Shown piece after piece: positions 52,418-64,000 of a DNA stretch of 64,000 nt. Numbering within the stretch: the first letter of the stretch is position 1; every line of letters begins with the position of its first letter. A program made the position numbers and the translations under genes. Source of the stretch: Balanoglossus misakiensis (Eukaryota > Animalia > Hemichordata); the NCBI GenBank assembly GCA_040954595.2, contig CM082597.2:2714265-2778264 (forward strand). Reading direction: 5' to 3'. The notes under the pieces were generated by a model, which saw only the letters and a list, made by a program, of their open reading frames with translations, did not search any database and was not told the origin of the DNA.

Positions 52418-52431
52418 AATAAATAAATAAA
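52418..52431 (+). other. Overlapping AATAAA polyadenylation signals of the lectin gene
   Basis: AATAAATAAATAAA about 100 nt after the stop at 52320. Confidence 0.6.
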
Positions 52432-53100
52432 GTATAAGATGTACGCAAATCTGTTCCAGTTCAAACAAACAAACAAATTAACATATAATGTTCACATTTA
52501 TTCACATTGATTTTTTATGGATAAACAAGATATTCGTTTTACAAAAATGTATTTGACAGTGTATGTGTAGAACTAAGGGTAAAAATCGGCAGATGGTGAA
52601 ACAAGATGAATTTTTTTACAACGCTCAAGGGGTGAGGGGGACAAATAGCATGCAATAAGCGCCTTTGCACAAATTAATAACGGTATCACGTTCTGGTTTG
52701 TGTAATTATGAGATTTTCTATGCCATGGTCAGTCGAGATTTTCACCAAGACGGTTATTTTTCTATAATTAGAGTTAACATGAAACATCTTGTCTGACAGA
52801 TCCTTCTTGAAGTGATGCATCATTGGAGTCAAGTGTCAATTAATGCACATTGGAGTCAAATTTGAATATGCAAGATGGCGCAGTTATTGTGTGTCACTAT
52901 CATATGCGTACTCGTACAAATACGAAAATATATGACACAGAAATTTACAGTGTACAACAGACTGTTTCAAAGCATGACTGATAGTGTAAAATATGTACCA
53001 GCAAAACCCAACAAGAATTCAAACACACCACTTGAGTTAAAATTATGTCTCAAGACGCACAGAGTCACTCAGACGGTTCCTCAGTGAGTAGATTTTAAAG

Positions 53101-54309
53101 TTAAACGTTAGTGTCTTGCTCAATGTTGTCGCTCTGCCCTGCACGGTTGGAATCATTCCCCAGTATCACTGATCTTGTGTCGGTATTGACTTCTATTGCT
53201 AAGGGAGCAAGAGCTCTCGGATTCGAAAGATTTCTCGTCACTATAGTCGCTACCTTCTTGACTTTTACCGCCCCTGCTAGAGCCATTTTATGCTGGTGTA
53301 TTCTGCAACGTAGAATAGCGATGACTCCGGCGATGAATTTAGGGTTTTTCCACGTGAACAGGAACGGGTTAATGCAGAACCCCATGAACAAGGTACAGGA
53401 ACACACTTGGTATACTTCGTACGGTAGACTGTAGCAATCTTCACTGAGGAGTAAAACTGTTCCCATTGGAAGGTAGCAGAGATAGAAGGCCAGGTTAAGC
53501 GCAAAACAGTTTCTCGCCACTTTTCTCGTCGTTTTTCTCTGTCGTAGTCGTGCACCGTTGAGCTGATGGTCGACACGTTCAGGGTTTTCGGTTGTCGGAC
53601 TTGTCCAGTTGGCAAGTACTCGAGTGCGTAGCCCTACTCTAAGAAAGATCAAGACGTACGAGACTGTGATGACGAGCGATGGAATTAGTCCGACGCTGAT
53701 CACCAGGAAAGCTGTGTACCAGGAGGAGGTTTGAATGACAAAGCACTCGCTCAGTCGGTAATCATAACCGATGTGACTGTTCACGAATTTGAGACACACG
53801 ACAGTTATGGCAATCAGCCACATGACACAGCAGGCGAAAAACACTCGTCGGGGACTGAAGAACCTCTGGAAAAACCTGGGGCTGGCGCAAACTTTCAGCA
53901 GACTATAGAGAGCGATGGAGACTTGGGTGTAGCTAGACACGTACATGAACGTCTCGCTTGTCGATGCATGGATGGTGCAGGCTAGCAGACCCAGCGGCCA
54001 CCGGTGATTCAGGATTGATGAAACGACGAACGGTTCGTAGAGCAGCGACGTCAACAGATCGACAATAGCCAGGTTGCCCAGAAAGATCGTCAGCGGGTGT
54101 TTTTCCAGTGAATTCTTGTAATAAACTAGAATGGACATGATGACAAACAGGTTGCCAAGACTCCCAGTCACAGACAACAGACCTATCCAGATAGCATGAA
54201 GCAGCGGTTTCCAGGTAGGGATTTTGAAATCAGGTTGGCAAACTACGTAATCTTCGTAACTTTCGCTGCTTGATGTTAGGTTTGCCATGCTGGATGTTAG
54301 GTTTGCCAT
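53101..54309 (-). CDS. Intronless class A (rhodopsin-like) orphan GPCR, 402 aa
   Basis: Seven hydrophobic segments. TM1 GSLGNLFV, TM2 NLAIVDL, ECL1 WPLG..C, TM4 W, ECL2 Cys, TM5 P..I..SY..IF, TM6 FYLCYLP, TM7 NPFLF plus a helix-8-like KNPKF. N-terminal NLT sequons. Confidence 0.93.
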   Translation of the reverse strand: MANLTSSMANLTSSSESYEDYVVCQPDFKIPTWKPLLHAIWIGLLSVTGSLGNLFVIMSILVYYKNSLEKHPLTIFLGNLAIVDLLTSLLYEPFVVSSILNHRWPLGLLACTIHASTSETFMYVSSYTQVSIALYSLLKVCASPRFFQRFFSPRRVFFACCVMWLIAITVVCLKFVNSHIGYDYRLSECFVIQTSSWYTAFLVISVGLIPSLVITVSYVLIFLRVGLRTRVLANWTSPTTENPERVDHQLNGARLRQRKTTRKVARNCFALNLAFYLCYLPMGTVLLLSEDCYSLPYEVYQVCSCTLFMGFCINPFLFTWKNPKFIAGVIAILRCRIHQHKMALAGAVKVKKVATIVTRNLSNPRALAPLAIEVNTDTRSVILGNDSNRAGQSDNIEQDTNV

Positions 54310-55109
54310 GATCAGTGTTGTTCGCTTGCTGTCTGATTCGTCATGACCGGGCTCCTTGAAGCGGGCGGCAATTTAATCACACCTTGCACATCGACCTTCC
54401 CGTTAGGTAACAAAAATGAAGTGCGTCACTGCGAATGCGGCAACCAATGAGATTCCTTGAGATCCACACACACTACTACGAGCCAAGGCCAAGCTTAATG
54501 GTAATAGGAAACTTTTCTTAATATCTAGCGTACAGATGGTGGTTGCTAACCCGAAGCAACGCTACTTTCAAGATGGTCGCCCGAAGGCTGTTTTTTAGCT
54601 CTTGCTAAAGAAACCTACTCTGACTATTTTTTCTATCTTAATGAGTACTGCTTCGTGAAGTTTTCTTTTTTGTCTTCCTTCAATGCCATTTACCTTTTGG
54701 CCCTACTTAAGCATTTGAGATGTACGTTCGTCAAAATTGAAAGTATTGTCATTGGTTGGATGTATGTACAATGAAAATCCGTGATAAAATATAGGGGTCA
54801 CCGCGCTTGTTTTTGAAATACAGAGCTATAAATTTTTCCTCCTGCATTACACTATTTATTTTCCTATTTATTTGGAATTGAAATGATATGAACTGGATAC
54901 CGGCACATGCGCAGATTACTCGCCTACGTCGTGCTCTTGATCTCTTGAAAACACCATCTGGCATGGTTTCGTTTGGAAACCCTTGAAACTGACGCTCTCT
55001 CCATCCTCTGTCTACTTGTATCTAGCTCTGACGTTTAACAGCTTTTGTTTCATAAGCACGTGAATAATCTTAAGTGAAGCAAAATATTAGTTATAATGTA
55101 GGACTTTGA

Positions 55110-56332
55110 GAACGAGAGGTCGAGAGCGACAGAGAGAGAGAGAGAGACAGTCGAACGTAGACGGCGCTTGCTGGCATTAGATTTGGGGAGAAAAGTTTTA
55201 TCGCAAGGCATTATGGGAAAATTACTTGAAAGTTCTGGCACTCTAGCTGTCTGGGACGTGGATTTTTCAGCTCCGTTGAATATTCAATTTTTCAGTTAAG
55301 TTTCGTTTATCCTGAATGACATTTGATTGGGTCTATTTCTCCGCGTGAAGGTAAGTTCTTTGTGAACACTGAAGATGTGTCTTTCCATCATAATTTACGA
55401 ATCTTGGCCGTCACAAAATTGGACTCGAAGCGTCATCATCAACTCTGTTGGCTGTTGTCAGAGTGAGATCCATTGTAGGAAAGTTCAGTTTGCGAGAATA
55501 GTATTACACTGAAACTTTTTTTGCTACATTTTAGCGCATGTTGAGTCAGTTTGCTAAAATCTTTCAGTACGTTCAGCTACTTTTACCTTTGTCGATCGTG
55601 GGAACGATTAAAATATCAATGATAAAAGGCACAGCTGCATCGTTCCGCTATTCGTTGATTGTCTGGATATGAAATCGACAAGCTTATATAAATGAAATCG
55701 ACAAGTTTATGTAGTACTGTATCAACATCATACGTCATCAGATATAGCACCGCTATTTTTACGAACTACTAGTCGGATCACGAAAACTTCACACAAACCA
55801 GACATTTAACAAGAATTGAAGAGTGAAATGTGTCACTGATGGTGAAAAAATCTACGAAACCATAATTTGCATGTTTGTTTCTAACATCACATTTCTTTAC
55901 CCATTTCGTTTCCTGGTGTGCGCAAATACATTTCACAATATCTCCGGTTGTTTTCTTTGGGGAAAGAAATCGGGCATAGAGTATTTCTCATCATCATATA
56001 ACAGAATATTTCAAGAGTAAAACCTAGACGACTATCGGACAGCCTGCTCGACTTTTTTTCACAGAATAAACGATCATTGAGATGCCCAGACCAGACCCCC
56101 TGTAATGGGCCCCATGACTTTCTGTTGTAAACATATGATAAAACACAGACTGACCCCATCCATTGCAAGTGTAATTGACATGTGATGCTTGTCTTCTCAC
56201 ATCGACACAGATAGAGGAAGAAACAAGCCTTGATCTCAGAAGAGGACGGGGAAAAAATAGAAGTTTAAACCACTTTGATAGTATACATGTTGGACATATG
56301 ATAACAGGAAGTCTCTTTGCTGGATTTTTAAG
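55110..56332 (+). promoter_or_regulatory. Putative promoter and 5'-UTR exons of the nephrin-like gene
   Basis: GA-rich tract at about 55112-55150; donor GAAG|GTAAGT at 55350; acceptor ACACAG at 56210 and donor TTAAG|GTAATT near 56332. No coding frame; inferred from splice signals only. Confidence 0.35.
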
Positions 56333-59300
56333 GTAATTTATCTGTGTCGTTTTTAATGAAAAAGGGAGAACAGAATTCTCCAGATTCTTGTTTTAAAAAA
56401 GTCAAGGTAAATTACATGCATCACAGTTTTCTCTGTCAATGGAAAGGCGATTGAACTGTCAAGATCTCGCACGTAATAAACAAAGTCAAGGATTTTTGGT
56501 TGTCTTTGAGTTCGATGTGCTGTAACTTGTATTGAATGCATCGGGTTTCTTGAAGAAAGCTTGAGGTTAGTAGCACCGAGAAAATGTTTAACCTTTACTA
56601 GTTTTACTTTGCTTTGCTGTATTTTTCACAGACATTATACTGGGGTAGACATAAATCAGTATTTTTTTTATAAATTACTGCTATTGTGACTGACTTAACC
56701 ATTATAATTATTTCACTGGCAGGGGTGTGCTTTCAACACTATCAGCTGTGATAAACAAACTTATCAAAGCACCCCACAAACCAAATTAAATTACCTTGAG
56801 GCATGTAGAACTGTTTATATGTAATGTAAATCCAAGATCATTGACACAACAACGCCTTGTCAACTTTTCATGTTTTAACTTCACAGGTTTAATGATTTTT
56901 TTAAACTTAGTTTTATTAGCAGAGGATATAGTGAACTTTTGTTGGTTGTCAATACATAATTGATATTTTAACTGGGTCAAGTGACATGAAAAATCCTGCC
57001 ATTATATATAAGTAATTGACTTAATCCTTTTGTTATTACTAGTAAAAAAGGGTGTGATCTATTCCAATTACAACGGTGATATGATTTCTGTAAACACTGT
57101 TTAGTCCCTCTTTGCTGTATTGTATCTGAGATAGATAGATCACAGGTTTATTTCCTTGAGTAAGAACACTCATATATGCATTAAGATAAAACAAAACAAC
57201 ATGGGGTGAGTCGATATTACAATAATTAGTGTTTGAGTGGGAGAACTGTATGATCAGAAATGTTCCTTACTTGCAGTTTTTGGGGTGTGGTACATGAGCT
57301 AGATAGTTTTAATGCTAATACATGGAATGTATTTTAGGTTTTGATCTGAGGTCCAACTTTGCCATAGGTAACAATCGCTTTGGCTGAATTTAAAAATAGT
57401 TAAAATAGTTTAAAATAGTTTTTTAAGGTAATTATTTGCTCTGTAAGACTTTAGGGTTGTTGGTTTTTCCTGTGTTATTGATTATTCATTATACTTTATT
57501 ATAAATGAGAGCCGGTATTTATTATTTGATAGTTGACTTTCAAAAAGCTGTTTTAGGATCTTCTAGTTGAATTTTACCCGTCTATGCTAAGTATGTGACT
57601 TTGACTTAATTCTAATTTATGAGCGAGGAGTGGTGTAGGGGGAATATCCTTGAAGTTTTAAACATTTTAGAGAGATTTAAATCACGAATTGCTTTCAACA
57701 TTTGAGAGAACTTAACAGAAAAGCGTTTTGTGATAGTTTATGTCAATTTTTATCATTGAGATGACACATTTTTAGCAGGTAATTGAAGGAATTCAACTAC
57801 TGTTTATTCTCAGACGCGAGGAGTGTTGAGTTATTTTGTTGACAAGAATCCCAGCTGTGACCTAGTCCTGAGGTTGAGTTCAGCAATATTTCATCTGACG
57901 TAAAAATACCGCCGCGCAAAAAAACCTCGAAGACAGTGACCCGGGCACTCTGACCTCGGCATAGTACTGTATATCAGTGTCCTAGACATGTGTTGTGAAT
58001 TCGATACCAGATTGAGAGACACAAAACATAGGGTGTGGGCTGTGGAGTTTTCTCCATGCTAAGACCAGCTCCTAGAAAATATTAAGACTTTTGCCCACAG
58101 AGTACTATATATACCTATGTATAGGTACTGGTTAGTAGTTTTCAACAACACTATGACAACAGTTGGCTTACATCAATAAGATATGAATATGAATGATGTC
58201 TGACAATTATGAGTTCATCACATCCATCTAAAACAACTCAGCTTCTATTCTACTTTATGGTACTATTAGAATAAAAAGACAAGAAAACAAAGACAGGCAA
58301 CTTGCCTAAATTCAGAAAATTACTGGGGTAAGTGTGTTAAACTGGTAGAGTTATTGCGTTTTTATCTGTGGAAGAACATCAACAAATCATACACACAGGC
58401 CAACCGAGACTCAGCATTTGCACAAACACCAAAGCCTTGCCCTGTCACATCCAGAAACGACTCCACCCATATGCCATGAAAACAACCGGATTGACCAAAA
58501 AACCATGGAAGTGAAAAAGTTAAGGCCACATTTTTTTCTGGCCAAGTTATTCCTTGATGTAGTGTTGACCCTGGAACCTGTGAATGGAGCACACACCATG
58601 GACCTTCTCATATGTCGCTGTGACAGTAGACGTCGGTAAATCGGTTCAAAAAGGTCATTGCAATCACCACTAAGCGTGCTCGTACAGGAAGTTGGAGTTT
58701 TAGTATTGCTGAAATAGATGTTTTATGAAGGCACTGACAAAGCCATCAAATAGTAGATCCTCACTACATTTACAGTCTACTTCTGTCAATTGTTTTTTCT
58801 TGCATGATAACTTGTATTAGTATTACGTACCGGTAAGTATAGTAGGGTGTCCTCACTGTGTGTTGTGCCTGCATTTTAGTTACAAAATTGCTCACTACAT
58901 ACCATATATACGGTACTACATACATGTACTGGTAGTTTAGAGGTTTGCACTTCTATTTCTTTATGCATTGTAACTATAAGTTCAGCTACATAGATATTTG
59001 TCATTTTTGTTGAAAATACTTTTTGTAATGTTTTAAAGCAAAGCAGTGTATTTTCAATTTAAACACTCCTTTAGGAATGATAAACAGATGGTACATTAAT
59101 TACGCCCGCGGCCCCACCTTTCATGTTTCTCATACAACACATTCTTTTATCAGTTAACACCACTTGAACTAAGAAATATGTACTTTTTGAAACATTTACT
59201 TGCAATTCAGTGTGTTGTCATGAATTCTGCACATATTTATATGAAAATCAGATGATGTGGACACCATCTTTATTTTTACTGATTTCAATCCATGATATTT

Positions 59301-59351
59301 CGGTTTTCACACTATTTTTCCTTAATTTTCAGAATCTGAAAATCGAGGAGA

Positions 59352-62300
59352 ATGGTCCCAAAGATGGCCTGGCATGACTGCAGCAGCCATTTTGTATTTA
59401 CATTCCTTTTGATATCATTCCTAAATATAACATTTCTTATACAACAAGGTAAGTTGGATGACTTATTCACTCTCAGAACATGGTCATACTGTCATATAGT
59501 GGCAGGATGATTCCAAATTAACCCTTTCGCCCCTATTTCCCAGTATAGAAGTCCAGTATTCTCATTGAGATCAATGGAATTGGACCAAACCATGGTGGTG
59601 AAAGGGTTAAAAAAAACACAAGAGCATGATTTATCATGCCTTCCTCTTGGGAGACTTTGCTGTAATGTCAGATATACTAACATTAGGAAAACCGTCACTG
59701 ACACCCCCAGAGTGTAGTTACACATTCTGACGGTCTCTTTATCAGTTTATGCCATTCCAACTCACTGCCACCCAAATGCACATCAGATATAATTAATAGT
59801 GAAAGGTTTGACTTACATGGTCCACATCCACGATATGTTGTTGATGGAAAGAATCTTTCTATAACACTGTAAAAGAAACCAAAAACAACAGGTGACTGCA
59901 TGATCATACTGATACTGATCTGATACCTTGAGAAAAATCAATGTAATATGAAAGTAACATTATCAATGAAAGTGTTGTGCATGTTGTTATAAATAAAGAG
60001 ATTATACACTCTGGGAAAACAATTATAGTAAAGTCTTGTTTTCAATAAAATCATCATTTTAGTGTTTCTTCACAGACTTGGCAATTATGTAAGATTTATA
60101 ATTGATGTGTGAAGAGCTGTATTTATAAAGTTCCTCTTCTTTCTTGAACGAGCTAAGTGTTTTATATAAATAAACTCTGTGTAAACTAATTCCTATGTGC
60201 TTTTCAAACAGACAGACAGATACAGACAGACAACAGACAGATTGGCCCATGCACACAATTCACAGCAGGAGAATATTCCTGAGATATAACAGAATTGCCG
60301 CCAACCCTTAAACTGGCCTCAAAGATCACACCCTCCGATTGCAGAGTCCAAGAGGACTGGCTCTGAGAGTGTTGGGTTTCATTGGATGTATACTAATATA
60401 GGCCAGCAGAGACATTCCAGTCACAACAGACATACAGTCAGTATTAGCAGCGTTCATACCCATAAAATATAAATCCACCTAGGACCTAGTCATGGCTAAA
60501 ATCATCTTTTCCTAGGGTTAGAGTTGATCTCTGCTGTCTATATTTGCTTGAAGCAAAACTCTGTGAGGAAATAACCTCTCAGTTTCCATTTTCTGTTCTG
60601 ATAATTATCCTATTTACACCAGACAAGCCAAAGCACAGTATGAACGTAGATAGCACGTACTGTACCAGTAAAATGGAGAGTGTAGGTTAGAAACAGCGAA
60701 GTAGCCATCACATACATGTGACTTCTGTGCCCATATTAAAAGTAAAATGACACATATAATATTACAATACCACTTCTGTGCTCACAATCATATTTTCAGC
60801 AAAATGATACTACCAGTTTATACCAAACCATGGACTGGGATAGACTGAAGTAGTTCTTGTACACAGATCTGTACGCCCTGCCATATTGCCCCCCCCCCCC
60901 CTATAGCTGCATTGTCGAGCTGTTTGAAATTAAACTGCTATTTATTTGGAAAATTGTCTATGATAACATTCATAGTCCACTAGTGCTTGCAATCTTGTTA
61001 CACTAATAAACAATTTATGTTATCTCCAAACAAAATGGAATTCAAATTCATCTGAAATCAGATCCTGGGATCAGCGTGGCTGAACTCAATTCAGTTCATC
61101 GCAGTTACTGGGTCATATGTCGGTCTGACAAGAAATTCTGATTGGGCCGGCTGAAAGCGATGGACTGAAATGTTCAAAGTTGACCAGGAAGAATGGGACT
61201 TGTATTTTTTAATGATAAACATTAAAGTTTATGTCTCTCCCAGCAGGAAGTGTGATGACACTACCTTCACATTGCATCATTTCGTTGTAACATGTTTGTA
61301 AAGTGGTTGTTATGCAATTGAGAAACTTCTGCGCCTTTCGTGTAATTGATCATTACGGTCTAGGGCATTCCTCTGTGGAGGGGTGGGGGGTATATAAGGC
61401 TTATAAGCAAGCAAGGTCATTTAGATTTATTGGAAAAAGAATCTGTGAATCATCAGGGGGGTTGAGATTTGGAATGTGCTTGGACACACACACAATTAAC
61501 TATAGACTGACTCTGTTTCATAGCTGTATATATACATGTACTTTTACACAGTTACATGTCATTATACTGTGTGTGAGCAACAGCTCTTGATGGCCGGGAA
61601 AGGGATGAAGTCTGTACAGAAATAAAAGGATTATTTCAACTGAGTGACGAATATTTATAGAGAGACTGACATTCCTTGATCTTGGGCATGCTAGCGGGGA
61701 AGACAATCTCTTTACTGTTTACATTATAATTTGCATGGTTCATCACCCATGTTAGTTCCGTGAGACTGCAGCTATAACTGCTGCCGTTTCTCTTTTTTAT
61801 ATCAGTGAATTTGATCCAGATATTAATGTTCTTCTCGTTACTATGTGGGTTTCTATGGGGTTTGGAAACATGGCATACTGAGTTCAAGGGGGCATTTTGA
61901 CTGGTGACTGCAGGCTAATATCTACATCACTCTGATCATAAAAATATTTTTTTCTTCATCGCAGTGGAGGGCCAGGCCCAGTCTTTTACAGCCGTCCCAA
62001 TAGACACAGATGTTATACAGGCCCACACAGCAACACTGAGCTGTTCAGTGCAAAACAAAGCGGGCACGGTACAATGGACGAAAGATGGCTTTGCTCTGGG
62101 AGCCGCCCGCAGTCTGCCTGGATATGACAGATACCAGATGACTGGTGACGAGGGGAATGGGGAATATTCTCTGGAAATTACGGATGTCCAGTTGGAAGAT
62201 GATGCTATGTATGTGTGTCAGGTCAGCGCACGGCTAGGAAGTCCTGCTATTGCTACAGCCCCAGCTCATCTGAATGTGCTTAGTAAGTATACATCCAAAT

Positions 62301-64000
62301 GTTCATTCATTCATTCATTCATTCATTCATTCATTCATTCATTCATTCATTCACTTATTCACTCACTCACTCATTCATTCATTCATTCAATCTAATGTTA
62401 GCAAAAGATATTTTCCAAATATTGTCCAAACTTGACTTTTGACCATCAAAATTTACAATACACTAAACAATCATCCAGTTAAGTCTTTTTAATGGAAACG
62501 TTCAATGATAATCAGTCCTGAATAATCACAAGTACTGGAATTTTGAGTGAGTTTGAGGGCGTGAACCTCGGGTTCAGTTGTCCATTGTATTATTTACCGT
62601 GGTAACCTCTTGTATACTGTTGCCATGGTGCTGATTTAATGGAGAACACAGTCAGTCTATCGCTGATAACACAAATAAGTGCTTATTTATAGATAGACAA
62701 TCAGTAAAGGCTTTTCTAAATATTTATCAAAGTACTACATAAGCATATTGGTGTTCAGTGACTGGACAGTGTATATGTTAAATTTCAGAGGCCCTTTGGC
62801 AGCTCAAGGGAATTATATACAGGGGTTTTGTTTGAGCCCTAAATGACACAAACTTTATACATTTTCTTTTTATTTCCAATTTCCATAGTGGCACCAGATC
62901 CTCCCGCGATCAGTAACCACGACAACGGCACGGCGGTCACCACCCGCCCGCCGGCCACCGTCGTTCTGACGTGCCGCTGCGAAAACGGCAAACCGGCGCC
63001 GACGCTGACCTGGCTGCAGAACGACCAGGCCTTACACTACGAGCAGCCGACGTACGTCGTCGAGGCGGCTGGCGACGGGAAACGAGAACACGCGGTGAGC
63101 ACGCTGACACTTCACCCAGAGGAAGAAGACAATGGGAAGGAGTACAAATGTGTGGCGGAACACACAGCTTTGATGGGTGCTAAGTTGTTCACTTTGGTGA
63201 AACTCAGTGTACAGTGTAAGTTTTTAGGTCCCATTTGGCATATGTGTATATACCATTGGGACCTTATAATGGGATTGGTTGCATTTCTGTATGTCTGTCT
63301 GTCGATATGTATGTATGTATGTATGTATGTATGCATGTATGTATGTATGTATGTATGTATGTATGTATGTATGTATGTATGTATGTATGTATGTATGTAT
63401 GTATGTATGTATGTATGTATGTATATACGTCTGTCTGTCCACATCAAACACTTGAAAATCCCTGTGCATATCACCTTCTTGTAAATCTTATGCTGGGTAG
63501 TTTAGACTTATTCTGGACTATTATGTCTCATGCACAGTACTGCAGGCTGAGTTCTATGGAAATCTTTTGAAGATGTCACATGATATAATGTGCAATTATG
63601 TTTTATCATTGTGTAGTTGCTCCCAGTGCGCCTGCCATCACAGGTTACAACGAGGGCAGTACAATCCGATCTGGTGAAGATCTTATGCTGAGATGCACAG
63701 CAAAGGGTGGAAATCCACTTGCTCAGGTAAGCAAGCAGTACACATTGAAATATTGGGCATTTTAACAAGATACTGCTGTAATATTGTGGTTGTACATGAG
63801 TCTGACTCTGACACACATGACTTCATTTCAGGTGACTTGGTGGAGGAATGATGAACTCATCGACTTCTCCTACTCCACGGACGGCACTCAAGCCATCAAT
63901 GACCTGAGCATCAAAGTTGGCTACAACGACAACAATGCCAGGTTCATCTGTCGCGCTGAAAATGTTGTCACTCCCCAACCCATGGAAGCCTCCACTACTC
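59352..64000 (+). CDS. Nephrin/Sns/Hibris-like (IRM family) Ig-superfamily adhesion protein, 5' part (truncated by the window end)
   Basis: Signal-peptide exon 59352-59448 (MVPKMAWHDCSSHFVFTFLLISFLNITFLIQQ, phase 1). Ig1 61965-62282 (LSCSV..VQWTKDGFALG..LPGYDRYQM..YSLEI..LEDDAMYVCQV). Ig2 62889-63215 (LTCRCENGKPAPTLTW..DNGKEYKC). Ig3 63617-63726 + 63832->64000 (LRCTAKGGNPLAQVTW..DNNARFICRAEN). Intron phases are consistent. Confidence 0.88.
59522..59606. mobile_element. 85-bp piggyBac-type MITE with TTAA target-site duplication
   Basis: TTAA|CCCTTTC ... GAAAGGG|TTAA. CCC...GGG ends with TTAA flanks are the established piggyBac signature; a related copy lies at 33781. Confidence 0.75.
62303..62388 (+). 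repeat. (TTCA/CTCA)n microsatellite
   Basis: Seen directly, intronic. Confidence 0.92.
63289..63423 (+). repeat. (TATG)n microsatellite
   Basis: Seen directly, intronic. Confidence 0.95.

Overview
This is animal genomic DNA with spliceosomal GT-AG introns; the gene and repeat content suggests a marine invertebrate, but that is inference. (1) 1-12847: a near-perfect 88-bp satellite array of about 146 units with only two visible substitutions. It abuts directly on four inverted copies of a second 88-bp subfamily (12848-13202, about 83% identical), followed by a short unique end containing CACAGTG. All 77-aa ORFs in the track are artefacts of this repeat. (2) 14.6-48.0 kb: seven tandem, co-oriented, intact 8-exon type-B carboxylesterase/cholinesterase-like genes. 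All have a signal peptide and the Ser-Glu-His triad; two end in GPI-signal-like exons and five in short acidic Cys-containing tails. (3) 49.3-52.4 kb: a secreted C-type lectin (EPN/WND) x2 + CBM14 chitin-binding gene built by internal duplication, in which the duplicated signal-peptide sequence appears to double as a splice acceptor for a 20-nt linker microexon. (4) 53.1-54.3 kb, minus strand: an intronless class A GPCR lacking DRY. (5) about 55.1 kb to the window end: the 5' part of a nephrin/Sns-like Ig-superfamily gene. Several MITE-like elements and microsatellites are scattered through introns. Gene models were spliced by hand and checked for frame; none has been checked against transcripts or databases.
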